Below are positions 12,520-25,971 of a DNA stretch of 64,000 bases, in pieces. The stretch comes from Camelus dromedarius. Lineage: Eukaryota. Each line of letters starts with the position of its first letter. Position 1 is the first letter of the stretch. The stretch is from positions 11,842,001 through 11,906,000 of the forward strand of contig NC_087436.1 in assembly GCF_036321535.1 (NCBI RefSeq), read 5' to 3'. The notes under the pieces were generated by a model. That model made no database searches and was not told the DNA's origin. It was given only the letters and a program-made list of their open reading frames with translations. Both the position numbers and the translations under genes were made by a program.

Positions 12520-12905
12520 TCCACCTTCCTGAAGGGAGAAGGGATTTTTGTCCTTATTTAGTCTGGATCATAAGTGTCATGGTGTCAGTGCATGATGGTA
12601 CTTCTGATCTGCAAGGCTAATTTTATTGAAATGAGGGCATAATGAGCAATTGGTTATATTTGTATGCTGGAGATAGCTCCTTTTTCCCACATTTGTCGGC
12701 CTCCAGGCTTCTTGTTACCCCAAAATGTGTGATCACTTATCTGCCCAGAGTTCCTGCTTTTCTTTCTCTGCCCAGGGACCTCTGTAATTACATGATGTGT
12801 GGTTTCCTGCATTTGGCCTGTGCCCCTCCTTTTTTGCCCAATTCCTTTCATTTGGCCGGTGTCCCCCTTTCTCTGCTCACATCTATCTATCTGCCTGCTC
12901 TAACA
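12520..12905 (-). mobile_element. Truncated ERV LTR
   Basis: Ends ...ctatctgcctgctctaaca (TG start on the minus strand), similar to the terminus of 14739-15286. Left side abuts L1. Confidence 0.55.
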
Positions 12906-13095
12906 CGATGACCACTTGTCTTGGGGTAGCAACAGTGGGAATCAAACTAGAGACCCCAAATCCAGAGTGAGGAAAGTGAGGGAAGAATTTTTGTGACAGA
13001 GAACTTCAGGAAATGGCTCTGGGTCCTACCTGCTGAGCTGCTACAGCAGGGTAAGTGAGAGTCAGCTCCCAGGCCAGGCCCAAGCACATGCCTAC

Positions 13096-13599
13096 TGCAA
13101 CCGAGCAGGACCCTGTGGGGCCTTCCCCCGACAGATGCCCACCCCCCACAACCCCATATCTTCTGCTGTAGCTTCTCTCTGAAGTACTTGGATAATCATA
13201 TCTGATGGACACTTTCTGAGTTGTTTTACAGGTGGGAAAGCCACCACCAGATGGAAGAAATTAACTACCTGATGATCATGAGCATGCCAGACCTACTGGC
13301 ACTTAAGGATTGGTGATGTTAACCACTGTGACACCACTCTGTTACCTCACCATCAACGAATCAGAGAATTGTGCACCAGCTGATCACATACCCTGTGAGT
13401 GCCCTCCACTACTTTCTGGCCTTTAAAAACACTTTGCTGAAACCATTCGAGGACTTTAGAGTTTTAGCGCACAAGCCACCCCTCCTCCTTGTTTTGGCAT
13501 CTTCATAATAAATACTGCCTTCTCCTTCCCCACAACCCGGTGTCGGTAGATTGACTATACTGTGCATGGGTGAGCAGACCCAAGTTTGGTTCGATAACA
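13096..13599 (+). mobile_element. Solo ERV LTR
   Basis: TG...CA termini, near-TSD ctac/ttac, TATA-like tttaaaaa ~13422, AATAAA ~13507, homologous to 2794-3255. Confidence 0.85.
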
Positions 13600-14738
13600 T
13601 TACCACAGCATTTGCACACAGGTATTTCCTGAACAGAATGAAAGCAAACCATTTAATAAAGTCAGAACTCAAGCCTTAGATTACTAGGTTGGCATCAGAA
13701 AGTATCATATGTCATAACGTAGGCTACAGCAGAGGCAGCACACTTGAAAGCACAATTAGAAATGCAGCAGAGTTAAAAGTGAGCTTGGAAGGCTAAAGGC
13801 AAGACCTGAGGGGTGGGAAAAGTACCAGAGCTCAGGCACAGAGATCACAACACACAGGTCTGCGAAGACCACAATCTGGCGACAAGTGCTTGGAAGCATT
13901 CATTAGTGCTTAAACTATTTGATGGTATTTCCTTCTGTACCTAAGAAGATCAGAGGTTGAGGGAATCCCTTTGGTGTGTGCTTTGTAGACAGCTTACATT
14001 CTTCCCTCCGGGGTACAGCTTATGTTAATAAGTCCCTTTCACAGATGTGTGCCTGCCTCCAATAACTAGCATTCTCCATGTCTTTGCTTCATTATTACCT
14101 TATGGATAAATACAGGAAAGGGGGAGATAAAGATGACCTTTAACTGCATCATTAATGGTAACATTGATGCAGAGTGCTTTGGTTACAGAAATTCTGGTCA
14201 CAAGGTGTGTTGGGGACAGGGAACAGAAAACATCATGCAGAAGCAGCTGTGTGGGTCTGTGAAGTCCCCGTCACCATTGACCTTAATAAGTCAAGCATTT
14301 GACTCACTCAGAGTTGGAAGGCATCTTAGCCCATTCCTCTTGCCAGGACTTGGGGTACAGCAGCAAAGTAGTGATTTTAGACAGTGGAGGAAAGAGACTG
14401 GAGTCCTGCAGATCAGCCGTCGAGTTTAGGAGCTCTCAAACACTTGGAACATGGAAGTGTTCTAGAGAGTGCAAAGCTCTACACAAGTTGGCAGTTATCC
14501 CAGTCAAGTGGAGAGAGGCTAAGGGGTCAGGAAGTTCAGAACTTAAGTTCCTGTTCTGCTCAACACCCTGCCTTGTTATACAAGGCACTGGAGACCCTCC
14601 GGGTGATCAGGTTCCATCTCTAGTCATTCTTCTTCTGATTTGCTCCACCGAAGCCACTCTATCCTATCACCTCCTAGAACATGGCAGGCTCCTTCCCATC
14701 TGGGGACACTTGGGACTGTAGATTCCTCTGGCTAGAAA

Positions 14739-15286
14739 TGTTCCCCAAAAGGGAAAGGGAAAAGACACCAGTTCTTTTCTTACCCAAAAGATAAAACTAC
14801 AGATGGGAGATGGTGCGCTGTGTAGCAAAAGATTATAAAGAATTTATTTAGAAAAGAAAAGTGCACCTCCAAGAATGGGAAGCAGGCTGATTCCAGGGAG
14901 GAAAAAGCAGTGGTGTTTGTTTGCCTTTTCTCTTACACCCTCCCTTAGAGGTGGTCTTTTGATTGATTGACGGTTCTTGCCCCAAGCATGCTTAGTCATA
15001 TTTGCCCCTTTTATGCATGTCCTTACCCATGATGCACACAGAAAAACCCATGGGGGAGCCTAAACCACAATGCAAATTATATTGCAATGAACACTGGGTC
15101 ATGTCCTGTTAAGTGTTTCTTGCTACCGCGCAGCTGCGGCTGCTGGGTTCTAACTGGTTTCTTGCTGGCACTCATTTAGAGGAAGTAAAGCCCTTTATGC
15201 TGAAAGTGGGCATAACGCCATCTTTTGGACCACCCTCTCTCTTCCACCTGTCTGCCCAGTGCCCCCACTTATCTAACCACCTAACA
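14739..15286 (-). mobile_element. Solo ERV (class I-like) LTR inserted in an L2 remnant
   Basis: TG...CA termini with perfect 4-bp TSD GAAA (14735-14738 and 15287-15290), minus-strand AATAAA (tttatt ~14843), octamer ATGCAAAT at 15070-15077. Confidence 0.85.
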
Positions 15287-15779
15287 GAAACAGACCCTCT
15301 TTCCCCACCAGCCAATTTTGTCTCACATTCTGGAGGATGGAAGTCAAAGATCAGGACCCAAGCAGGTTCAGTGTCTGTGAGGGTGTCATTGTCACTCACT
15401 GTCACTCACCTTTGACTTGTGCATGAGCCATACAGTTTGAGGTCACTAGATGGCAATGTAACACCAATGAAAAAGCTAGGAAAATATTTCCAAATCGAAA
15501 GCAAGTTTGATATATGCTATCACAGTTTAAAGAAAACTCTATTGAGAGGCGTTAATTGTGTACTAAGAGTAAAAAAAAAGTATATCTATTTTTTTAATAA
15601 TAAAAATGAAAAATCAGATTGCTCTCAAGAGTGAAAACTTATCTAACTTCTCTTCTTTCAGCCTTCAGACAATCCAGGCTTGTAACTCGGTTTTTCTATT
15701 TAGAATACACTGAATTAATCTTATAATATTCTTCTTTCTTAGTTCCTGAAGAATTTTTGGTACCTCCTAGATAAGCAAG

Positions 15780-16720
15780 CCTTGGAAGAAAGGAGTCCAT
15801 ATGGAACTTTGTTGTTGTTGTTTAGGGACATAGACAACAAACAAAATAAGCTAATTTGATAGTATATTGGAAGGTAAGTGCTATGGACAAATGTCAAGCA
15901 GTGAAAGGACAGAGGTGCAGTCAAAAGAGGGTCTTATTGGGAGGCTGACGTATGCTTGAAAACTCAAAAGAAATGGGAAAAAGAGCTGTAGGCAGAGAGT
16001 AGCAACTGCAAAGCCCTGGAGCAGGAACACATCTGGTGAGTTCGAGGAATTGCATGGAGGCCAACGTGGCTGGAGCGAATGAAGGGAAATTTAGGGGACT
16101 TGTCAGGGAGATAGTGAGTGACAGGTCATGCAGGGCCTTGTTGGCCACTGAAATGTCAACTTGGACTGGAGTCCGGGAGTCATGGCTTCTTTACAGAGAT
16201 GAGATCTCACTTTATTTTCAAGAGGATTGCTCTGACTGTTGTGATAAAAATGTTTTAGGGAGTCAAAGAGGGAAGCCAGGAGACCAGAAATCCAGGAGAA
16301 GATACTAGTAGCTTGGACCTGGGTGGTAGTAGTAATAAGAGATATTGAGAAATGCTAAAATTCAGACTGGATTTTGAAAGTAGAGCAACAGAATTTCCTG
16401 ATGGATTGGATGGGACTTTTTTTAAGAGCTAAAGAGAGGCAGCATGGACGACTGACAAACATTTGGCCCGACCAGCTGAAGTGCAGAGGAGCCATTAATT
16501 GAGATGAGGAACCTGAGGGAGCAGATTCTGGGGTCAAAGACCAGGAGATCAGTTTAGAACGTGTCATGATTGACATGTCTGTTAGTCATTCAGCGATCAA
16601 TGCCTTGTTTCTCTAGGTCTGTGTTGAAGGTATAAATTTGGGGATTGACATTATTACCATGTCATGGTATTGAAAGCTACAAGCTGGGTGAGTGAGTGAC
16701 TTAGGGATGTGTGAGGGGGA
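15780..16720 (-). mobile_element. L2 LINE remnant
   Basis: Purine-rich antisense L2 motifs (caaagccctggagcaggaac, atggaggccaacgtggctggagc, ggatggattttgaaag-like, gaccaggagatcagtttagaacgtg). Confidence 0.75.
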
Positions 16721-17084
16721 ATGGAAATCTCTGAAGAAGACGTTCCAGAAGGGATCTGAAGGCTGCAGAAGTTAGTTGAACGGAGAGTGGTAGGAACTCT
16801 CTCCTCTCAGTGGCATCACTAATCAGCTAATCTACCAACAGAGTGAAAAATGAGGGAACAGTCTAATGATGGAGACTTCATTAGATACCAGACAAGAGTC
16901 TTGGGGTGAGAAGGTAGCTTTTCTCTAACAAATCTATGAAATTTCAGTGCAGTACTGAAGTAGGTGGAATCCTAAAATATTTCCTAAAGAATCTCATATA
17001 AAAATGAGGTGTGATCTTTATCACTGAAAACGACCGTGGGACATGTATGTGTGGTAGCAACAGAGGTCTGAGGGCAGTTGTCAC

Positions 17085-17300
17085 CGAGAGGTGACAGCGC
17101 ACATTGTCCCAGGCTGCTTGGGGCTGAGTTCCGGGGATGCCACTTTCAGGCTGTGTAATTTCAAGCAGGTTGTTTAAGCTTTTTGTGCTTTAGCTTGGTG
17201 TTCAGTTAAACAGACATAAAGCTGGTTTTGCCATGAGGATCAGATGAGAGTATGACGTTACTCAAAGTGCTTGGACGATAGTAAGGCTTCAGCAGCAGGA
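17085..17300 (+). mobile_element. MIR remnant
   Basis: ggctgtgtaatttcaagcaggttgtttaagctttttgtgcttt...tgaggatcagatgag...aaagtgcttgg. Confidence 0.6.
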
Positions 17301-17484
17301 GGTAATTACACTTTTCATTGCTGTGAATCACTGTAGAATTCATTTTTAAGATGAAGAATACGGAAGCAGTCAGATATATTTCTGGTTGAGAAAAACAGAC
17401 CATATTGGATAATAAAACACCTATTTACCACTTACTATGGTTTTACCTGGACTTTTAATTAGAGAGATTGTAAAAGAATGACAG

Positions 17485-17665
17485 ATATTAATTGAGCACT
17501 TACTACAAGTAAAGCACTGCACATCTATTATCTTCTTTTTTTTTTTATCTTTACCATCTTGTATGGGAGGTGGAATTTATCCTATTTTGTAGATCAGGAA
17601 ATTGAGGCTTAGAGTCTTAACTAAGGGCACAAACCTAGTGAGAGGCAGATCCATGATTTGAAAGA
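17485..17665 (-). mobile_element. MIR remnant
   Basis: ttgagcacttacta...atcctattttgtagatcaggaaattgaggcttagag. Confidence 0.7.
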
Positions 17666-18000
17666 ATTTGTCATCTTTCAAGTTCTTCAAATCACTGTTC
17701 CAGCTTTCTGCTACTACACATCCTGTTTGCTTCAGCAGATCACATCTGAAGCACACCGCTCATAACTGACGGCTCTACCATAGCAAGTCCCCTTTGAGGA
17801 GCAGGAAGAAGAAAACCTCATGAGATCATACTTGTAATTTCAAATGATAGTACAGACAAATGCACTACCCTCCCTCCTTTTTTTTTTCTGCAGAAAACAA
17901 GGTAATTATGTTTTCAAATTTGCTTCTGTAAAAATTTCAAAACCTTTAAAACCTTTCAAAATCAATGAGTAATTCTTCCATATCCACCTAGATTTCTAAA

Positions 18001-18141
18001 TTAAAAAATTTTTTTAATTTTTTTTGGGGGGGTAATTAGGTTTATTTGTTTGTTTATTTTTTACTTTAGGTACTGGGGATTCAATCCAGGACCTCATGCA
18101 TGCTAGGCACGCACTCTGCCACTGAGCTCTACCCTCCCTGC
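18001..18141 (-). mobile_element. tRNA-Ala-derived SINE (camelid Vic-1-like)
   Basis: Minus strand reads gggtagagctcagtggcagagtgcgtgcctagcatgcatgaggtcctggattgaatccccagtacc plus an A-rich tail. TSD tccacctagatttctaaa / tccaactaggtttctaaa. Confidence 0.9.
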
Positions 18142-19102
18142 TCCAACTAGGTTTCTAAACACAGTGAGGCCTTGAAGACATCGTTAGCCTGATGGTGCTG
18201 GAGATGCTGAGCCAGGCCCTTCCTTCTCCATCTCAAATACACAGACGGTCCAGGTATTTAAAAAGCACATAGCACTGAAAAACGGCAGTGGGACCCTTCA
18301 CTGACTTTGTGTTCCAGAAAGATTGGCTTGTCACCCAATCCATATAGATCTATTACACTTTTATGTTATTATTTTCTTTAGCCTTTAGCTCCCTTCTGAA
18401 ACTAGCCAAAAGCCACAACTCTAAGTCCTCCTAGGCATGGTTTAAAGTGGGCTCTGCTAATGTCACTAAATATGAGAGTGAAGTGTTGTCTGTACACTAT
18501 TTAACTGTTTTTCTTTGCTTCAGAAGCACTGTCAATGCTTAAAGCTTACAGAACTTACTGAGGCACTAATATTTGGTAGAGCATCTTGTTCTCTATACAG
18601 GTTCTCATGTAAAATATCAAATTGCTTATTGCCTGTGAGATGAGAAATTATAGGTAGATACATATTGGTTAACTCTGTGTGTTCTCCAGGCTGGTTTCCA
18701 AGAAACAGCTCTAGGGCCAAGGGGAGCATTACTCTGCTCACATTTTCCTCTAGAATTACGTGGTGTGGGGTCCAAAAAGGCCACACTTTTGAGTATATCC
18801 AAGTCACTATGCGCATGTTCCCTTTTTGACCAAAATTGCTCCAACACATATCAAACTTAGAAGCTTTCTATAGTTCCAGGTGGTCAGAATCTGAGCACAT
18901 CTGATTGCCATTTCCCACTGGAATTCATGCCAACTAGGCCTGATCTTCTGCCCAAATGACATCTACTTTCCCCCTAGGAAGTTCTGATTCCTGCACCGTG
19001 TCTATTGCCAATTAATAAAATGAAATAAAAATATTTGGCTTGTTTATGGAGTTCCTGTCTTCATTTAATTTGTAGTATTCAAAGGGAGGAGCAGAAAATG
19101 TT

Positions 19103-21380
19103 CTTTTTAAATCACAACACAGTTGATTCATAATACTGTGTTAGTTTCAGGTGTATAGCAAAGTGATTCATTATATATATATATATTCACATTATTTTTC
19201 ATTGTAAGTTATTATAGGATATTAAATGTAGTTCCTTGTGTTATACAGTAAACCCTTGCTGCTTGTCTATTTTACGTATAGTAGTTTGTATTTGTTGATC
19301 TTGTGCTCCTAATTTATCCCTCCTCTCCCCTCCTTCCCCCTTTGGTAACCATAAGTTTGTTTTCTATGTCTGTGAGTCTGTTTCTGTTTTGTATATAGAT
19401 TCATTTGTATCATTTTTAAGATGATACACTGACTCCACATATAAGTGATATCATATAATATTTGTCTTTCTCTGTCTGACTTACTTCATTTAGTATGATT
19501 TTCTCTAGGTCCATCCATGTTGCTGCAAATGGCAATATTTCATTCTTTTTTATGGCTGAGTAATATTTTATACTGTACCTTCTTAAACCAATCACCTGTT
19601 GATGGGCACTTTGGTTGCTTCTATGTCTTGGCTATTGTAAATAGAGCTACTAATATCATTGAGGTGTGTGTATCTTTACAGATTATATTTTTCATCTTTT
19701 CTGGATATATGCTCAGCAGTGGGCATGCTGGATCATAAGGTAAATCTATTTTTTAGGCTTTTAAGGAAACTATACTGTTTTCCATGGTGGCTGAACCAAT
19801 ATACATTTCCACCAACAGTGTAGGAGAGTTCTATTTTCTCCACAGACTCTTATAATAAATAAGCAATTCATAGACTTTTTGATGATAGGTGTGGGGTGAT
19901 TCGTTATTGTGGTTTTGAGTTGCATTTCTCTGATAAGTAGCTATGTTGAACATCTTTTCACATGTCTGTTGGCCATCTGTATGTCTTCACTGGAGAAATG
20001 TCTGTTTAGGTGTTCTGACCATTTTTTGATTATTATTATTATTTTTGATATTGAACTGTATGCGCTGTTTGTATATTTTGGATATTAACCTCTTGTTGGT
20101 TGCATCATTTGCAGATATTTTCTCCTATTCTGTAGGTTGTCTTATTGTTTTGTTAATGATTTTCTTTGCTGTGAAAAGGCTTTTAAGTTTGATTAGGTCC
20201 CACTTATTTTTGTATGTATGTATGTATGTATGTATGTATGTATGTATGTATTTAATGCCTTGGGAGACTGATATAAGAAAATATTGCTATGATTTATGTC
20301 TGAGAATGTTTTGTCTATCTCCTCTTCTAGGAGTTTATGATGACATATCTTATATTAAAGCCTTTAAATCATTTTGAGCTTATTTTTGTATATGGAGTGA
20401 GGGGGTGTTCTAGTTTTCTTGATTTACATGTAGCTGTCCAGTTTTCCCAGCCTCACATGCTGAAGATACTGTCTTCTCTCCATTGTATATTCTTGCTTCC
20501 TTTGTTGTAAAGATGGTTCAACATACACAAATCAACCAATGTGATACATCACATTAACAAAAGAAAAGGCAAAGACTATATAATCATATTAATAGAAACA
20601 GAAGAAACATTTGATAAAATTCAACATCCATTCATGATAAAAGCTCTCACCAAAGCGGATACAGAGAGAATGTATCTCAATATAATAAAAGTCATTTACG
20701 ACAAACCTACAGCCAACGTAATACTCGTGGTGAAAAGCTGAAAAACTTTCCACTAAATTCAAGACAAGGATGCCCACTCTCACCACTTCTATTCAACACA
20801 GTATTGGAAGTCTTAGCCACAGCAATCAGATAAGAAAAAGAAATAAGAGGTATCCAAAATGGAAGGGAAGAAGTAAAATTGTCATTACTTGCAGATGAGA
20901 TGATACTGTATATGGAAGACCCCTAAAGACTCCACACAAAAGCTATTAGAACTAATAAATGAATTCAGCAAGGTAGCAGGATACAAGAGAAATACACTGA
21001 AATCTGTTGCATTTATTTACATTAACAATGAAACGTCAGAAAGAGAAAGTAAAGATGCAATCCTATTTAAAATTGGGTTAAAAATACAATACATAGGAAT
21101 AAACTTGTTCAAAAATATGGAAGATATATCTATATTAAGAACTACAAAACATTGATTAAGGAAATGGAAGGTGATTCAAAGAAATGGGAAGATATCCCAT
21201 GCTCTTGGATTGGAAGAATTAAAATTGTTAAAATGGCCATACTGCCCAACATAATCTACAGATTTGATGTGATCCTTATCAAAATACATTTTGATATTTT
21301 TCACAGAACTAGAACAAATAATCCTAAAATTTACATAGAACCACAAAACACCTAGAAGTGGCAAAGCAATCCTGAGGAAA
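19103..21380 (-). mobile_element. LINE-1 with a 5' inversion (minus-strand 3' part ~19103-20511, inverted plus-strand ORF2 RT segment ~20512-21380)
   Basis: L1 3'UTR and ORF2 antisense up to ~20511, then sense ORF2 (IHHINKRKGKDYIII...[33 protein letters not shown]). Confidence 0.9.
20211..20250. repeat. (TATG)n microsatellite within L1
   Basis: Directly visible. Confidence 0.95.
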
Positions 21381-23715
21381 CTTTTTAGTTTGATGTAGTC
21401 CCATTTGTTTATTTTTGCTTTTGTTGCACTTGTCTGAGGAGACAGATCAAAAAAAAAAAAAAAATGGCTAAGACCGATGTCAAAAGTGTACTATCTATGT
21501 TTTCATTTAGGAGTTTTAATAGTTTCATATATTACAGTTAAGTATTCAATCAATTTTGAATTTGTTTTTGTACATGGTGTGAGAAAGTAGTCCAGTTGGA
21601 TTCTATCGCGTGCAGCTGTCCAGTCTTCTGAACACCATTACTGAAGAGGATGTCCTTTCCCCATTGTGTATACTTGCTTCCTTTGGTGCAGATTAACTGA
21701 CCATATAAATGTGGGTTTCTTTTTAGGCTTTCTATTCTATTCTATTGACTTATGTTCCCATTTTTGTTGAATTTTTTTCTAAAATGTTTTCTTTATCTAT
21801 TGAGATTATCATGTGATTTTTATTTTTTAACTTGTTAATGTGGCGTGTCACATTGATTGATTTGTAAATGTTGAACCATCCTTGCATCCCTGGGATAAAT
21901 TCCACTTGATCATGGTGTATGATCCTTTAAATATGTTGTTGAATTCAGTTTACTAATATTTTGTTGAGGAATTTTGCATCTTTGTTCAGCAGTAATATTG
22001 GCCTGTAGTTTTCTTTCTTTTTTTTTTTTTTTTTTGTGGTGTTTTAGTCTGGTTTTGGTATCAGGGTGATGTTGGCCTCATAGAATGAGTTCAGATGCAT
22101 TGCATCCTCTTCAATTTTTTGTAACAATTTGAGAAGATAGGTGTCAACTCTGAATGTTGGGAGAATTCACCTCTGAAGCTGTCTTGTCCTGGACTTTGGT
22201 TTGTTAGGGGTTTTTAAAATTCATGATTCGATTGTTTTTCTGGTGATTGTTCTGTCCAAATTTTGTATCTTCCTGATTCAGTCACAGGAGAGTATACATT
22301 TCTAGATATTTATCTGTTCTAGGTTGTGTATTTTATTGACATATAAATTGTTCCTCTTATTAATAGTAACCTCTTTGTATTTCTGTGGTGTTGGTTGTAA
22401 CTTCTCTTCTTTCATTTATGATTTTATTTATTTGTGACCACTCTCTTTTTTTTCTTGGTAAATCTAGCTGAAGTTCTACCAATTTTGTTTATCTTTTCAA
22501 AGAACCCATTTTTAGTTAATCTTTTCTGTTTACTTTTTTTTAGTCTATATTGCAATTATTTCTGTTCTCATATTTGTTATTTCTTTTCTCATACTAACTT
22601 TGGGTTTTGTTTTTTCTTCTTGTTCTAGTTCCTTTAGGTATAAGATTAGATTGTTTATTTGGGATTTTTATTATTTCCTGAGATAGGCTTTTACTGCTAT
22701 AAATTTCCCTTCCCTGTTTTTGCTGCATTCCATAAATTTTCAATTGTTGTGTTTCCATTTTAATTTTCCTCCAGGTATTTTTTGATTTCTTCAGCGACCC
22801 TTTAGTTGTTTCATAGCATATTGTTTGGCCTCCATGTGCTTGTGCTTTTGCAATGTTTTTTTCTTGCAGTTGATTTCTAGTCTCATACCTTATAGTTGGA
22901 AAAATTAGTGATATGATTTCAATCTTCTTAAATTTGGTGAGACGTTTTTGTGGCCTAGCATGTGACCTATCTTGGAGAATATTCCATGTGCACTTGAAAA
23001 GAACATGTATTCTACTGCTTTTGGCTGGAGTGTTCTGTGAATAGCTATTAAAGTTATCTGGCATAATGTGTTGTTTAAGGCCAGTGCTTCCTTATTAACT
23101 TTCTGTGAAAGATCTATATATTTATGTAAGTGAGGTGTCAAGGTTTCCTGCTGTTATTGTGTTACTGTTAATTCCTCCCTTTATGGTTGCTAATATTTGT
23201 TTTGTGTATTTAGGTGCTCCTATGCTGGATACGTATATATTTACAATTGCTATTATCTTCTTGTTGGATTGAATCTTTTATCATTATGTAATATCCTTTG
23301 TCTTCTGTTAAGCCTTTCTTTTAAAGTCTTTTTGTCTAAGTATTGTTACTCTAGCTTTTTTTAAACTTTCTTTTGCATTTGAATACCCTTTTTCACTCCC
23401 TCACTCTCAGTCTGTGGGTCTTTAGATCTGAAGAGAGTTTTTTGTGGGCAGCCTACAGAAAGGTCTTTTTTTTTTTTAATCCATCCAACCATTCTATGTC
23501 TTTCGAATGAAGAATTAGCCCAATTGCATTTAAATTAATTATTGATAGCACATAGTTATTGTCATTTTATTAATTTTTTTTTTTTTAGGTTTTTTTTCTC
23601 TTTTCTTCTCTTTTCTTTCCTTGTGATTTGATGACCATCTTTAGTGTGATGTTAGGCTTCTTTTTACTTTGTTCTGTGTGTATTTATGATAGATTTTAAT
23701 TTGTGGTTACCTTGA

Positions 23716-23765
<50 letters not shown>

Positions 23766-25971
23766 TTTATATATATATAAATGTGATCATTTTAAGTTGA
23801 TAATTTAAGTTCAAACAACCTTGTATTTTTACTCCTTCCCATGTTTAGTGTTTTTTATGCCATGTTTTATATCTTTTTGTTTTGCATAGACTTTAACTTC
23901 TTATGGTGGATATAGATGATTTTACTATTTTTGCCCTTATCCTTCCTATTAGCTTTATAAGTGGTTGGTCTGTTACCTTTACTCTATGATTAGCTTTACC
24001 AATGAGATTTTTTTCCTTTTGTAAATTTTATGTTTCTAGTTGTGCTCTTTTCTGTTTAGAGAAGTTCCTTTAATATTTGTTGTAAAGTTGGTTTTGTGGT
24101 GCTGAACTCTTTTAGCTTTTGCTTGTCTGTAAATTCTTTATTTCTCCTTCAATTCTGAATGGTAGCCTTGTTGGATAGAGTACTTTTGTTGTAGAAATTT
24201 TTTTTCTCTTTCATCACATTGAATATTTTGTGCCACTCCCCCAGCTTGCAAAGTTTCTTCTGAAGTGAGCTGACATTCTTATGGGAGTTCCTTTGCAGGT
24301 AATTAGTTGTTTCTTCTTGCTGCTTTTAAGATTCTCCATTATTAATTTTTTTCCATTTTAAATATAATGTGTCTTGATGTGTACCTCTTTGGGATTATCT
24401 GTTTGGAACTCTCTGTGCTTCCTGGAACTGAATGTACATTTCCTTTCCCAGATTTTAGGGAAGTTTTCAGCTATTATTTCTTCAACTAAATTCTCTGCCC
24501 CCTTTTCTCTATCTTTCCTCCTTCTAGGACTCCTATAATGTGAATGCTAGTATGCTCAGGGTTGTTCCATAAGTCTCTTAAGCTATTCTCATTTTAAAAT
24601 CTTTTTTTGCTTATTCTGTTCAGCTTGTGTGATTTTCACTACTCTATCTTCCAGTTTGCTGATACATTCCTCTGTATCATCTAATCTACTTTTGATTTCT
24701 CCCAGTGTTACTTCTTTTATTTCAGTTATTGTATTCTTCAACTCTGTTTGATACTTCATTATATTTTCTAACTCTTTTCTGAAATTTTCTCTATGTTCAT
24801 TCTTTCTTCTCCCGAGTGCACTGAGCATCTTTGAGAGCATTACTTTTATTTAGTAGATTACTCATCTCCACTTTGTTTAGTTCTTCCTGTAAGGTTTTGT
24901 TTCATGCCATCATTTAAACATATTTCTTTGTCTCTCCATTTTGCCTAATCTTCTGTGTCTATTTTGGTAAGTTAGGTAAATTTCCTGATCTTGGAGAGTT
25001 GATCTTATGTAGAAGGTGTCCTACAGAGCCCAGCAGCACTCTCCCCTTTTGCCACCAGAGCTATATGCTGGAGGGGCTCCCCTCTGTGGGCTGTGTGGGC
25101 CCTGCTGTTGTGGTGGTGCTACTGTGATAATGGTGGTAGTGGGGGCTGGCCTTTGGCTTGGTTGGCCTGGTTGGCTGCTGGTCCCCTGATGGGTGGGGCT
25201 GAAACCTGAGGCAGCTAGTTGTGGGGGGTAGGGGAGCCTGGGGCTGGTGCCAGCTTATTGGTATGAAGGGCTGGTTCCCTGGGCTCGTGCTGACCTGCTT
25301 GTGCAAGAGGAAGCCTCTGGCACTAAGAAGTCAGAAGAAGGACACTAAATTGGTGCTTGCCAGCACCAGTGACCTCATGGTAGAACAAGCTCTCTAAAAT
25401 GGCTGCCACCAGTGTCTATGTCAACAGAGGGGAGTCCCAGTTTCCGCCTGCTCTTCCTGAAGGCTCTCCAAGATCAGCAAGTGAATCTGACCCAGGTTCC
25501 TTCCTAATTACTGCCTCTGCACTGGGACTTGGTGTATGTGAGATTTTGAGTGTGTCTTTTAAGAGCAGAGTCTCTGATTCCTACAGCCCTTGATCTCTCC
25601 CATATGCAAGCCCCACAGACCTTCAAAGCCAGATGTTCTGGGGACTTGTATCTCTGGTGCACAATGCTGGGCTGTGATCCTGATGTGGGGCTTGGATCCG
25701 TCACTCCCTAGGAAGAACTTCTGCGGTTGTGATTATCTTCCTGTTCGTGGGTCATGGACCGGGGATGGGAGTCTTGACTAGACTGAGTCTCTGCCTTTCC
25801 TACCCATCTAGCTGTGGTTCCTTCCTTATATCTTTTGCTGTGGAAAATCTATTCTACTAATCTCAGGTCATTCTCATTGATACTTGCTCTGTAAATAGTT
25901 GGAACTTTGGTGTTCCTGCAGAAGGATGTGAGATCAGGGTCTTCGTACCTTGCCATTTTGGCAACTTCTCC
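21381..25971 (-). mobile_element. Long decayed LINE-1 (5'UTR, ORF1, ORF2 EN to RT, with an internal deletion at ~21765)
   Basis: EN remnant (FFSSAHGIFSKIGHMLGHK), ORF1 coiled-coil remnant 24589-24840 (ELKNTITEIK...SRLDDTEECISKLEDR), GC-richer 5'UTR ~25000-25970 ending in YY1-like gccattttgg at 25952. Confidence 0.92.
23721..23780. repeat. (TA)n/(CA)n microsatellite
   Basis: Directly visible. Confidence 0.95.
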
